DNA of 64,000 nucleotides from Carcharhinus amblyrhynchos (GCA_965287045.1 OZ336874.1:35650001-35714000), one strand, 5' to 3'. Shown: positions 24,872 to 38,530, numbered from the stretch's first letter. Numbers and translations: made by a program. The notes: generated by a model from the letters alone, not told the origin.

Positions 24872-27800
24872 GTAAGAAGCGAGAAACATCACACAGGATA
24901 ACTATGTGGAACCAACCCGAGTCCAAACTGACACTTTCCAGATCATTTTTTAGTTAATCGTCAACCTCGAATGAAAGGCAGTAATAGAATAATGGAAAGT
25001 AAAAATTAGAAACTGATTTGCAAAACCAAATCCCAAGCAGGTATCAAAAAGTCGAAATAAATCAGAAATTACATTGTAATCAGCAACTTCGATTGCGGGG
25101 CCGTGTGCTTCAGCGGAATAGTGATAATAGAAACCATATTCTAGACCAAGAGCGTAATAATGGGAAATAGTGTTAGAGGCAAGAGAATCGGAAGTAATTC
25201 AAACCTAACATTACAGATATGAGGAGCAGAAATAATCCAAGAGCGACATATCCCAGACAAAGCCTTTCCTGCAGGTAATCCATCAGAAAGGATATGACAA
25301 CAGGGTAATCCTTAAATTAAGAGAATCAGATATCAGAGAATAGCAGAAAACGGTTCACCACAACCCCAGCTAATAAAAGCCACGCATAATACAGAAAACA
25401 TCCTTAGGTTATAAGAAAGCAAAATAATCCTTTAATATATGTGAACTCTCCCGGTATAGTCAGCAAACACCTGGTGGGCATACAGATAAACAGCCAGAAA
25501 GGCAGTGACTGTAGGCACGGCTGCTGTTTCAGTGTCATCCTCAGTTTTTTTAAAACAGTGACTGTTCTATTTGGGGGCAGAGCGAGGCAGCCTGGGCACT
25601 TGGGACATTCTTATCCTTAACGTCAGCCTTGACCGTTGTTTTGCCTTTACACAGACCGACATCCTTACAGTCTGCTCACACGGACGAGGGTAAAGAATAC
25701 AGGTGTCTGAGCATTTAGAACCGTGGCGCACAAGGGCACACGAACATGTAACATTACAAAACGCATAGGCATTTTTAACTGGGCTCAATGCCTTCCCAAG
25801 TACACTCAAAGTAAACTATTCCGAAACGTGAACATCTGCACATACACGACTGGTACAGGCCGTACCCAACTCCACGTGAACATCAGCAAGCTAAACGCTG
25901 TATATTTACACAGGTATAAAGGAAACTTGCAAAAGTTCACAACTAAAAGGAATCTAGCTAATCAAGGTGCTTTTATTTCCCTTACACCCTTAGCACTCGG
26001 TTTGATTAGACATGTTTATATCCACATTTCACATATTTTTGTGATGTCGCATTTTGTGACCGAAAATCGTCTACATTAAGGTGTTTCGGAAATTAAATTG
26101 CCCGACTATTAATGTTGGGAAATCAAATTGGCAGAATTTATAGTTCCTCCTCCTGGGATGGGAGGTGGAGTTTAGCTGCAGGAGTTGCGTGAGACGGTGA
26201 AATTTGGATAGATTAAACCCTTCTATTAGGTTATAGCAGCAAGATTTATTATAGCAATTACATGTGCATGAAGATTGGGGCTGGGGTACAGGGGTACCAT
26301 TATCCGCGTCAGATATATTTATCAAAACACAGGCAGAGAATGAACTTTATTGATACTTGGCCAGCCGTCGGTCCACTGAAGATCCAAAAAAACATTTTAT
26401 TTGGTTAAGTGAATTTTTATTTCTCTTGTGCATCGACGTTATTTTAGAGGATTCTCCATATACATATTCTGCAGACAAGGCCTCTGTACTAAATAATGGT
26501 GTCCCGAGCTGCCTTTGGATTTACTTCACCAGACCTAACGCGTCTGCTCCACGAGAATAAGAAAACCAGGCCTGTTCAAACAGCCATGCACTATATTTCA
26601 AATCTGTAAAACAGCAGCGGAAGGGAAGTCCCCCCCCCCCCCCCCACCCCCAGTCCACCCCACCCCGTCCCAAAAATAAACACAAGCCGGGACGAGCCAT
26701 CTCAGTCCCATGACGGAGAAACATTTAGTTTTAACATTAATGGGAAATGCTGGAGATTCGACGATCGAAGGCTTTGGGGGTTAAAATCGCAATTTTTCTG
26801 GTGATAAAATGGTCAAATTTGTAACAAAGTAAACGAAATATTGGCGAAATCTGTGCCAGTCGTTATTGGAAGTGGTGAGAGTTGATGAATGGCGGTGGGT
26901 CCAAACTCTGATTGCTGCTCAGATCCAGGCCAGTTGATCACAGTTGGCGAACGCGACAGCTTCTGCGCCATCAGACCAGGTTGCAGTGTCCATTGTGCCG
27001 AACAGCCTTTTTCTTTTGTATGTTTTCTTTCTTGTATCATTTACAACAGGTCAGTCGCTAGCTAGATTGCAGATGCTTCATTTGAATCCCGTGCCAACTT
27101 GAAAGTTGGACAAACGAATAACGAAACAGCTTCCAAACAAGATTACAAAGTCAGGGCAGAGCAGTGCTGGTTTGTAGGTATGGTGCCGGAAAGCCTTTAA
27201 CCACACATACGCTAGAATGAACTCCAATTACACTGACAAATCATTACAACATCGCAATAGCTCTGACTTCCCTTGCCTTTCCTATCGGCTTCATTTAAGT
27301 TATTAATTTCAATGAATCTGACACGACTTTAGAAAGGCTGTCATTTGCTAATTAATTTAATAATTAACTAAGAGTCACCGATTGCCTTCCGTGGTAATAA
27401 AAACCTGACATCATTCATAGCCAAATTTCACGGTTCATCTGCAAGCAAAAATAATCCGTTTGGACAAAACCTTGGCCAATTCACTTATTTTTCCGGCCCG
27501 TCGCCGCCACTAACTTTTTCCAACCGGACTGTGAGCAATAATGTTGGGTTCGGTTCCGTGTCCGCGCCCAGTCGCACATTCAGGGTGGTGGGGTGGGCTG
27601 GGGGGCGGGGGGTGGGGGGAGTTGGGTGGTGGTTAAAGAGAGGAAATGTAAAGGGAAAAGAGTGTGAAGGAGGGAAGGCGGTCGGAGCGCAGTGAAGCAG
27701 GGATTAACATTCAGCTCCCCACTGACCGACCTCTCTCACACATCCAGCAGCCAGTCCACGGTTTCCACCAGTTCCCCCCTCTCTACCTCCCACAACACTC

Positions 27801-28489
27801 GCATTTATTCCCCGCAAGACTTAATTAATAGGGAGATTCATGATGCCACTGCATTCAGTTCCACTCCACTTAAAACCGATGGGAAGAGGCACTCCAGTGG
27901 TACCTTACAGAAACAAGAGCAGTTTTACATGTAAGTGCTGTTGCTGTTGGTGTCTGTTTAGGCGGGATACATCAGTTGGAATTAAACCATTGTAATTGTT
28001 CTTTGATCTGAAATCTCTGGTGATTTATTGATCTGTTTCCAGTGTAGGTGCATTATCCCATGCGAAGGGCACTGTAGGTAACCGGTTTAGTAACACAAAC
28101 TCTTTTCAAACGCTCTCGCTGTTGAAAGCCTGGCCTCAGGAAGTTTTCACTTTGTTTGGATTCATCCAGCGGTTTTGGCGCTCGCCTCGCCATGTCTTTC
28201 AGTCTCTAACGTCTTTCCTTTTTTATATTTATATTGCTGACGTTTCCAGGAGAGGGCTCCTTAAAGTTAAATTTATTCTGAATTATCTTGCTTACCATCT
28301 ATAGGTCACTCATTCAGAACTAATTTGTTTCATGTTGGACTCTGCCAGCGGGGCTTGGGAGTTTCAAAGGGTATCTTTCCCCACCTCCTCCCATTACACA
28401 GCAGGGCTTTCGGTTTAAGATAAGCCCCACTAGCCTCCCACCCACCCATTATCGACCTATTGCAACCAGTAATGCAGAAACTCGCACAA

Positions 28490-28697
28490 AAAAATAAAAC
28501 GCTACTGATGCTGGAAATCTGAAATAAAAATAGGAAAGTTCTGGAAATTTTCAGCAAGGCTTGCAGCATTTGCGAAAACAGATACTATAGCGAGATCAGG
28601 CTATGGTGAAAGGTCACAGATCCTGAAAGATTAAACTCTGTTCCTCTCTCCAAAGATGCTGCCAGAGTTGCTGAGTTTTCCCAGCATTTTCTGTTTT
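28490..28697. repeat. Palindromic interspersed element, same family as 16090-16632
   Basis: Left arm GATGCTGGAAATCTGAAAT...TTCTGGAAATTTTCAGCAAG.CTTGCAGCAT; inverted right arm ATGCTGCCAGAGTTGCTGAGTTTTCCCAGCATTTTCTG. Confidence 0.75.
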
Positions 28698-31600
28698 ACC
28701 ATCATCCTTGTGACACTGCTTCACAGGGAATTAGCCTGATCTTGAAGTAAGAGAGAAAGGGGGAGACAGAACGCGACTTGGAAAAAAAAAGAATGAGATA
28801 AGAGGCAGAGAGACAATAAAAGAGTCGGAGTGAGAGAATGAGCAAAATGTGGCGAGCAAACATTGAACCAACTTTTCTCATCCCGGTTTGAAAAGTGTGT
28901 TTGGAAGGAAAAGGTTTTTTTTTGCCGGAAGTGATTGGATCGATGCCCTGCGCTGTCCTACAGGACAGACCCAGCTCCTCCCTGTACGGGTCGGCAAGCC
29001 AAGGCCCGTGTTTGCAAAAGACACCTGGTTTGGTTTTGAGAAGCAAATCGCACAGCATAGTCAGTAATAAGAGCATCCTGAAGGTGTCTCTGTTTGGTGG
29101 GTTGTCTCTTCAAGCAGCCTCGTCTGGAGGTTTAGCCCCTTGTGGAGGTTCACAGCTGCTTCCACCGTCAGGAATTGACAAAAACCCAGGGAAAATACAC
29201 AGGTTTTCTGGGCACCAAAGTAACTGCCATGCACTTTTAGGTACAATGATATAGGTAACTCTACGTTTTGTATTTCGTACTAAAAGATATCAAACAATGT
29301 ATTTCCCACCCATTGCCCCCATGTTTAATCTCCAGTGCTGATATGGGAAGGTGTAAATGGCAGTTTTCATTGATTCATTTTTACCTTTACCTCTCCCCTC
29401 CCTGTCTATCTCCCTGTCTGCCTTTCTTTGTCTCCTTCTCTGTCTTCTTTTCGCTCAATTTGTGTGTTTCACTCTCCATTTCTGTTTCTCTCTCTCCCTC
29501 TTGATCTGGCGATCTCTCTCTTTTATTCCTCTCGCTCTCTTTTTCTAGGTCTGCGTCTCTTTGAGTTTTTCTATCTGCGCCACTCTGCCTCTCTAGCTAC
29601 CTCACCTCATTCAGCACCACGGACAGAGACTCTTTTTTGGCCGCTATTCCTGATTTCTCGGACTTGGGCAACTTGTCCTAAAGCTGCGAGACTGTCGAGT
29701 GCACACCAATGGGCAAGAGGGGGCCAGATTAACAGGATCTTCCGGGCAGCCAGTGAGATTGGCGCCACATCCCTGTCCACAGCGCCGCCAAATCTCCACA
29801 ACATGCAGAATCCAAAGAGTAAATTTGAAATTAAATCAGAGACGAAACTGATCAGAGCTGACCGGGTCCGGCGCGGGTGATTATCTGATGAAAGTGAGGG
29901 CGGAAAGGGAGAGGAACAAAACTGGAGGGAAAGACCCAGGAAAGAAAACTGGGGGGGGGGGGGGGGGGGGTGGAAGCCAAAAAGATTGGCACTGATTATT
30001 ATAATTTTTGCTCTCGCAGTAAATACTGCAGAGAAAGAATTTGCACATAATTTACTGGTGGTGTTTGTTTCTCATTTTTCGTTTCTTTCTTTGTTTCTTT
30101 TCACCCATTTACGATCTTCGGGGAAATATTCCTCACTTTCTTATTCACCAGATTTTCCATTTGATTTCAGTCCTTTTACCTTTGACGCTTTGAAATTTCG
30201 GGATGGGACAGCAAAGTAGGGATGAGATGTGACGGGGAGAGAAAATCTATAATAACATCTTACATTTATATAGATCACAAGTATAAGACAACTCTAAAAC
30301 TTCATTAATAAATTCTTTCAAGAAAATAAAACACTTAGCCCATCTACGCAATGAGTCAAGGGAGCCAAGAGCAAACGAGAAGATCAGTAGGGAGTCAATA
30401 CCTTTATTTGCTTTTCAATGCGAGTAAGAGTGACCTGACCTTCTTAGATATGGAATATTTTTAGAGTTTGCTAGCGAAGTCTCCATCCCCTATTGATTCC
30501 AGAAGAACAACATTTTTAAAATGCAGCTCCTGTCCCAATTTTGGATCCTTGGATCAGAACAGCAAGATGTCTCTTCCATTCTTTGTCTCCTTTCGTGTTC
30601 TCTATACCCTTTGTTTCCGCCTCTTCTTCCCACTTTAACTGCCATGAAAAATATCAGGGTGTAAAATTAAATCGTAGAAAAAGCCGGTCTCGCTTTTTCC
30701 TATTCACCTCGACAATGGAGGGCTGTGTTTGCAGGAACTCTCGAACTGAGATCTGCCCATTTGAGGCTGGATGGTCAGTCGACCAGTGGCACCTGGGGGT
30801 GAACCTTCATATGTGCCTTGTTTCCATACTTTCTACCAGTTACATGGGATACATTTCTCCGATGATTTGAAGCTGAAACAGCAATTAATGTGAATGGATC
30901 CACGGCTTTTTCGGTTATAGAATTTTAAAAATTAGAATAAAGTTCTTCTCCTTCTGCCTCTCTTCAGGATTTGGGTCGTTTTCTGTTTGACCCAATAAGT
31001 TAAAACAGAAGCTGTACAAGAATAAATCTTGCGTTTGGCCATGTCTTTTCAAAGGCACAGTACTCCATGTATTTGACGGATGTAACAGTCTGTAAAGGAT
31101 GCCTGCAATTGGGAGATTCATTTTCACAATTTTAATTAAGCAAATAAATTAAATATACAAAACAAATTTGAACAGTTAAAGGTCTATGTAGACGTTTCCA
31201 TTTTAAGATTAAGTTGGAGTTTAGAAAGGAACACACTGATACTACAGGGGTTAATTGTCAGAATTAGCCTATGTATATTGACAAGGGATTGTAGCAATAT
31301 TATTTTTGATATTCTCAATTTTTTAAAAATAAACTGACAGACAAAAACTGCATTACATTCACTGAAATTGAGGCCAAGCGTGCAACCTCCTGAGAGTCAA
31401 TTGGCACAGTGTCTTCGACAAATCTACAGAAAAAAAATTGAAGTGAATCCCTGCATTTATAAAGCATCATATATCTCAAAAATATTCCAAAATACTTCAC
31501 AGACAATAAATTACTTTGAAGTTTATTTACTATTGTTATGGAGATAATTTTAATGCACCCAAGTTAACTCAATGTTAGAAAAATGAACATCTCTTGTGTC

Positions 31601-32930
31601 TGTCCATCTATTACTTTTTTGGTGTACTGACACAAGACATTTATTAGAACTTTGCTGCCTGCCACTTTATGCTATTCTGATTTCTTCCCACATTCTTCCC
31701 TGGAACATATTTGTGCCTTGTCCCTCTTTCGTGGCCTCATTCTCCCTCTCCATTCAATCTTAGTATAAGCTGCTTTCCCTTTTCCTTCAGGCTTTATTGT
31801 ATCTTCTTCCTTCATCTCCCCTGACTTCTGTCCGAGCTGCTTTCTTTCTCTTTTCCTTTCCCTTTGTTGCACATGCAGCTTAGTTTCTCCTGACAGCACA
31901 GAATTCTGTATCCCTTTTTCTAATTCTTTTTGGTCTCTGATACTTGTTGCATTAGAGATGTGCAAGAAAAGATTAAAATATCTGGAAAGGTTGGCTACAA
32001 ACAAAATAAATAAATGCATTAGACGTCTTAAAAGAAACACTTTAAGTAAAATATGAGGTCCAGAATGATTACAAAATAGAAATAACTGCCAATGGAAAAG
32101 CTACTGGAAATAATTGATGCCTGATGAAAAGTAGAAGCTAAGTCAAATTGCAGCATAAAGATTATTGTACTGCCTGTAATTTATTTAAGGCACTCCAGGC
32201 AAAACACTTCACGATGAGCTGGATCTGAATGTTCATCCCTTTGACTAACTGCCTCCATAATTTCATAAGGCACAAAAAAAAGCTATCAAAGTAAAATTGC
32301 ATTTTGTTGCCCTTGAACATTTGTGGTGAAGATTCAGAGGGAAAAATGGTGTATTAAAGTTAAGATCATAGACCATCCCGTACACTCATGAGTCATGAGA
32401 TTGCTGTCTGGCAATGTGTTAAATAATAAAGTCTTTTTTCACCCTGAAGAAACCTACTGCATACTGTAAGTGGGCACTTTGTAAATGATTAATTTGTAAT
32501 TTCATTAGTAAGGAAACCATTAGGTCAAACAGTTTCTTTGTCATGCAACATGGATGCATAAATTCATGTGTGTATAAACCTATATTTACAGACACGATAG
32601 GCACACACATATGTATCCACAAACACTTATGTACATATAAGCATATATGTTTAAATATTCAATAACATGTATACTCCACACATAATATTAATCAGTTCTG
32701 TTCATCTAAACATTCCCTTTCAAGACAACAAAATGTTTTATTACATTTATAATTAGAGAAGTTATTATACTGCTTCATCATTGATGTGACATGCGTCAGC
32801 CACATGTACCAGGCAAGAATGATTGGCATTAACCATTTAAGTGAATTCTGTTTGTCGATTATTTTGTTTTATCAGGATTGTGTCTGATCTTAAGTAATGG
32901 CCTGAAATGTTCTTCTGCTTTTCTTTTTAA

Positions 32931-33134
<204 letters not shown>

Positions 33135-34229
33135 TGACCCATAGGGGGTGCACTGTCCAACATTAACCTACATTATCATCCTAACGCTACACAGCAGTTT
33201 CATTCTGTCTTTGCAGTTTGTAACTAGTATCTAGATTGACAAGAGAACCAGAAAAAAAGCTCATTGTACTAATACTTTGAGAGATTTGGTCGATGAAATA
33301 TATTCATATATAATTTTAAAAGTTACATTTAATTTTCACAGATTCCCATCTCTTCTAAAGAATTAGATCCTAACTGAGACACAGCTGTACTGGTACTGGG
33401 CCAGTCTGATAACTCATCCATGTGGTTATTCCTTATCCTGCAATGCAATGGCTTTCTATGGCATTGTTCTCTTATACTCTGTTCGTTCTTCATATTAGTA
33501 ACTTCTTTCTCTCAGCTTGCAATCTTGTTAGCTCCTTTCTTCCTACATTAATCTGCCTCCTTTTGATTGATCACTCTTATCATTAACAGCTGTCTTCCCT
33601 TCATTGAATAACATCTGGATCATCATAGCTTAATGTTTCTCATGCCTTTCTATATGAGTCCTTAAAATATAGTTTCTTTTAATTCTTCCACAAAAGGTTC
33701 TTCATATTTGCACAAAATTTACCAGCAGTTCCAATTTTTGATTCTTTTCTTAGTTCTTCACATTAATGGCCAAATTATCTGCGATAGCCTCACTTCTTCA
33801 TGGTTGATGTTGCCTTCCAGAACCTTGTTTTTCCTTACACAACAAAAAGCCATTCATCAACAATTTTTTACTCTCAGCTACTCAAGTTTGTTCAAAGACT
33901 TGAATACTGCTGCAAAGCCTCTTTCTTGCATTCCTTGATAGGATACTATCCCTCGTTTGCCTTTAGCCTTCAACTTTTCTCTGTATTTTATCCATAATAC
34001 TATGGCCCATTCTCCTGTGAGCTTTTTTCTGTACATTTTTTTCCATGTCACAAATAGGCCATCCTAAAAGCTCTTCTACCTGTTTACATCTGCACTGCAT
34101 TACAATTAAATAGGTATTGAATATCTTACTTCTACAACTGGTTCTACGGAGTCTACTTTAAATGAACTTTCTGGGGTCCTCAAAACTGTGAAATAGAATC
34201 TTAGAATGGTTACAGTTTGGAAGGAGGCT

Positions 34230-34680
34230 CTTAAGCACATCGAGATGCAGGACTTTACAAGAGCAAAAATCCAGTACTTCATCCTTTTCCCATACACTTC
34301 CAAAAGTTTTTCCTTTGAATTTTATTTCCTTTTAAACACCATGATTGAATCTGCCTGCACCAACCTTGCTGCCAGTGCATTTCAGATGATAGTTATTCAC
34401 TGTATAGAAAAGATTTTCCTCTTGTTTGGTTCTTTTGCTGGTAATCTTAATTCTGCATCCTCATGATTTTGAATACCTTTATCAGAGCTCCTTTCAACCT
34501 CCTCCACTCCAAAGAGAACAAACCTTGGTCCTCAGTTGTCCTTCATCCTTGGAACCATTCTCATCAATATTACTGCTCCCTCTCTCAGGTCACACATTGC
34601 ATTAAAGACTTGGACGCAATACTTCAGTTGTTGCTGAACCAGTTTTTTATATTTAAACCTTATGATCGCTTTTTTTTATA
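34230..34680 (-). mobile_element. Degraded CR1-type LINE 3' fragment
   Basis: GATTGAATCTGCCTGCACCAACC...GTGCATTTCAGAT, CTCCACTCCAAAGAGAACAAACC and CATCCTTGGAACCATTCT are typical antisense CR1 3' sequence. A similar fragment lies at 63060-63270. Confidence 0.55.
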
Positions 34681-35214
34681 GGTATTCCTCCATTGACATT
34701 TACTCCACTTGACCACTTCATTCCCCAGAAACAGATACAGCAAATTCTTTATGCACTTTTAATAAAGTAACAATTTGCACTAATATGGAGCCTCTTAACG
34801 TTACTGAAATTTTAAAATTTGTATTATTATAATACTTGATATAGAAATCTCAGCCACTAAAATCTTACCAGGTTAGACACATTCTGACGACCAAGAACTT
34901 GAGGAAAGGTGGAAATGATTAAAAGCTTAAAGCAAATTTATATCAGTTGAAAAAAAATTATATTAAAGCAGTTGTATTTGAAGAAGTAGAATACACATTA
35001 AATGTGAGCCTCATACTTGGACCATTGATGAAGACAAGGATGGGATTGTAATTCTCCTTTAAGAGTTTAAAAACTATCAACATGTGCAATAATAGTTGTT
35101 TAAAACTGGCTGTGTACTAACTTCCAGAAACAAAGCAGGAGCAATATTGCATAGCAAGCCTTGTGTTGCATTGATTTTAAAACCTGATTATTTATATGAG
35201 CTTCACATTATGAT

Positions 35215-35625
35215 GTCAGCCATGTCTCAGTTTGTAGCACTGTTGCCCACTGCATTGCGAGGCTGTGGATTCAAGCCTCACTCCTGTACTTAAGCACAGA
35301 AATCTAGACTGATACTGCAGTGTAATGCTGAGGAGACTTGTGGGACATTAAACCCTGTCTGCTCTCTAAGGTAGAAATGAAAGATCTCATAGCACTATTT
35401 TGAAGAGATTATCCCTGGGGTACTGGCCAATATTCATCACACAATTAACATTGCTGAAACAGATTATCTGGTCATTGTTTCATTGCTCTTTGTGGGACCT
35501 TGCTGTGTATACGTTGGCAATCACATTTCCTACACTACAATAGGAAATACATTTCAGAAGTTTTTCATTGCTTTTAAAGTGCTTTGGGATGTATTTGACA
35601 TACACATTATAAATGCAACTCTTTT
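35215..35625 (+). mobile_element. Deu-domain SINE (SacSINE1/AmnSINE1-like)
   Basis: tRNA-like head, Deu-type core (AAAGATCTCATAGCACTATTTTGAAGAG...CTGGCCAATATT...AAACAGATTATCTGGTCATT..CATTGCT.TTTGTGGGA.CTTGCTGTG) and L2-like tail (AAAGTGCTTTGGGATG...TATAAATGCAA). Family from recall. Confidence 0.75.
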
Positions 35626-35937
35626 TATAACTAAAACCCTTATTATTAAAGAAAAGTAACACCAGAAAGCATCTGTATGTTAAAGGCAAAGTGTACCTTT
35701 TGTAATCCTGTATTTTGAACAAAGTACCCCCAAAACCTCTTGAAAGAGTGGATTCAGAGAGCAGAGATCTGGCTATCTCACCAGTATGATGTAGTTTTAC
35801 ACGCACCATTAATAGTTCATAAGAAAAATATGATATTGAGAAAGTTAGTAGAAATGTCGAATTATGGATTAATGATTGATTTTTCTTCTATATGTTCTAA
35901 AAATTGATTTTCTTTCATTAATTTTACTTTTATTCAG

Positions 35938-36002
35938 AATTATTCGAACAAAGGTGCAACAGCCTCCAAACCAGCAATCGCCGGTCACATCCCATACTAT
36001 AG
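35938..36002 (+). CDS. pax5: Pax5 exon 4 (IIRTKVQQPPNQQSPVTSHTI)
   Basis: Acceptor TATTCAG|, 65 nt, donor G|GTGAGA. In frame with exons 3 and 5; KVQQPPNQ is Pax5-type. Confidence 0.96.
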
Positions 36003-36617
36003 GTGAGAGTCATTGCTACTGTGCCACTTAACCTCTGTTAGATATTGCTTTGGATCTTGAAAAAAATATGATTTTCTATCTGGGAACTAAATTATATGTA
36101 GAACAACTCCTTAACTCTGTAGGAATTCATTATTGCTCTCTGTCCTATCTCTTCCTGTACTGTTCTTTTGTGACTACCTCCACCTATCCCCAAATTCCCC
36201 CTGCTTTCCTGATGACAGCAAGTCATGCTGGAGTAAAGGTTCCACAGAGAATGTCTATCCTTGACATGTGAGCTAGGCTATGCTTCAGGATTAGGAGCTG
36301 TTCTGGGAGCATCAATAATGATTTTGCAGGCACTCAGAATTTACAAGTGCTCCCAAAACCACTGACATTGTGCCCTTCTTTCAATTGGATGAAGAGTATA
36401 CTGAATATGATCGGTTTTTACTGAATTGATCCTGGTGCCTGATTCTCCCTGTGTACAATCCAAGACTTCAGGTGGACTAATATCATTATTTCACTGTGCT
36501 TAAACATTATGCTGACACCTTTCTTAAGTTTAGTAAGTTTGTATGTCCATATGTCAAAGGGTCATATCTTTTATCTATTTATTGAACAAAAAGAGTAAGA
36601 ATTAATTTGGTTAAATT

Positions 36618-38530
36618 GTTTCTTTCATTCGTTCATGGAATGTTACTGTCACTGTCACAATTTATACCTCATCCCTAATTGTCCTTGAGAAGGTGATAAT
36701 AAACTTCCTTCTTGAACTACTGCAGTCCATTTGGTGAAGATCTATCTATAACGAGGTAGGGGAGAGTCCATTTTGACCCAGCAACAGGGAAGAAAGGAAT
36801 GATGATATATTTTCGAGTCAGAATGGTGTGTGACTTAGAGGGGACTTACAGGTAGAGGTGTTTCCAAGTGCCTATAGTCCCTTTATTCAGGATTTGCTAG
36901 GTGGTAGGGGCCGGTGGTTTGGGTGATGCTCTTGAAAAGGCTTTGATGAATTGCTCCAGCACATCTTATAGATGGTATACACTTCAGCCACTGGCCTGTA
37001 ACAACCAAAATCATCTGACTTTGTGCTAGGTATGATCCAGTTAGTGCAGAATTTTTTGCCTGATTCCCATGGGCTTTAATTTTACAGGGGCTCCTTGATG
37101 CCATACTCCGTCAAATACTGTATTGTTGTCAAGGGCAGTCACTCTCATATCACCTCTGGAACTTAGCTCTTCTGTCCATGATTGGACTAAGTGGTCCTGG
37201 CAGAATCCAAACACAGCACAAGTGAGAAGGTTATTGCTGAGTAAATGACTCTTGATAGCACTATTGATAAAATCCTCTATCATTTCACTAATGATTGAGA
37301 GTGGACTAATGCACCAGTAATTGGGTGGTTTGGATTTGTTCTTTCTGTGGACATACTTTAGCAATTTTCCATATTGCCAGGTAGACAAAATGCTTATATT
37401 GTAACTACCAGAACATCTTGCCTAGAAGCGTCACTAATTTTGGAGCGTATGTTTTTAGTAATACAGCTGTTATGTTGTTAGGGTGCATAGACTTTGCTGT
37501 AACCACTGTGCTAAGCTGATTCTTGGTATCACATGGAGGGAATCGATTTGTCTGAAGACTGGCTTTGATAAATGGTAGGGTCCTCAGGGAGAGTCTGAGA
37601 TGGATCATCTATGACACTTCTGGCTGAAGATTGTTACAAATGCCTCAGTATTGTCTTTTGCACTCAGTGCTGGGCTCTTCCAACTTGGAGGATGTGAACT
37701 TTCCTTGAACCTCCTCCTCTTGTTAGCTAATTGTCCACCACCATTCACAATTGGAAGTGGTAGGATTTCAGAGCTTTGATCTGTTCCATTAGTAGGGAAA
37801 TCCCCTAACTGTCTATAGAATGCTACTTCTGCTATTTGTGCTGTAATTTTGTTAGGTTTGTGTCTCATTTTTAGGCATGTCTAGTACTGTTCCTGGCATG
37901 CTGTTCTACACTGATGATTGAACCACATTTGGTTCCCTGGCTTAAAATTAATTTTATTTTCCAAAATGATGCTTCTTTCATAAAATTTGTAAAAGTGCAT
38001 CATATAACTGTTCAACTTTGACATTATGTGAAGTGCAATACAGCTAAATTTCTTTCAGCACTGTGCATGAGGTGCCTCACTACACTTGCCATTAAAGATT
38101 ATATTTGCAATGTACATTTACATTTCATGTCAAACTTTCACTGGTGTGTACAGCCTGAAGGGTTTTACATGGGTTCCAATCCCTTGGTATATTGTGATGG
38201 GAAGGCTTTTTGACTTTTTCCCATTTAGCCTTCGCAGTAGCCCCAAACTTCTGGTGTGTCCATCAGCATGTGGTCCTTCACCTTGGAATATGCCAGTTTG
38301 CAATATTTGGTTGTCACAGCTCTTTGCACTGGAAGATCAATACGTTTCTGACAAACAAAAGAATATCTTCCATTGAGTTGATTATCCTCCAGTAGCAGTT
38401 GATACTGATCTTTATATGTGCCTCTGGGAATATCCCTGGTTTGGTAGTAATGGTAGAGTGAGGAATATGCTGTTTACTGATTGTGGTGGAATACCATTCG
38501 GACTACTGCTAATCCACAGTAGCTCATGGA
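36618..38530 (-). mobile_element. Decayed non-LTR retrotransposon (CR1/L2/Crack group) with RT remnants
   Basis: The minus ORF at 37041-37388 reads NYWCISPLSIISEMIE..FGFCQDH..ALDNNTVFDGVWHQG, a degenerate NYRPISLLS..FGFR..ALD...FDRVWH. The 3' tail is at 36618-36690. Interrupted at 37944-38432. Confidence 0.85.
37944..38432 (-). mobile_element. L1/Tx1-like LINE 3' fragment inserted in the older LINE
   Basis: Flanked by TCCCTGGCTT (37934-37943) and TCCCTGGTTT (38433-38442). The minus strand has a degenerate 'GATAKAKW' C-terminal motif and an A-rich tail. Clade assignment from recall. Confidence 0.6.

Noticed and set aside
36050-36271. ORF starting MDLEKN, like mammalian PAX5 exon 1A
   Set aside because: The start codon is TTG, it lies in intron 4 downstream of the paired box and has no suitable donor. 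Treated as coincidence; the real exon 1A is at 9354.
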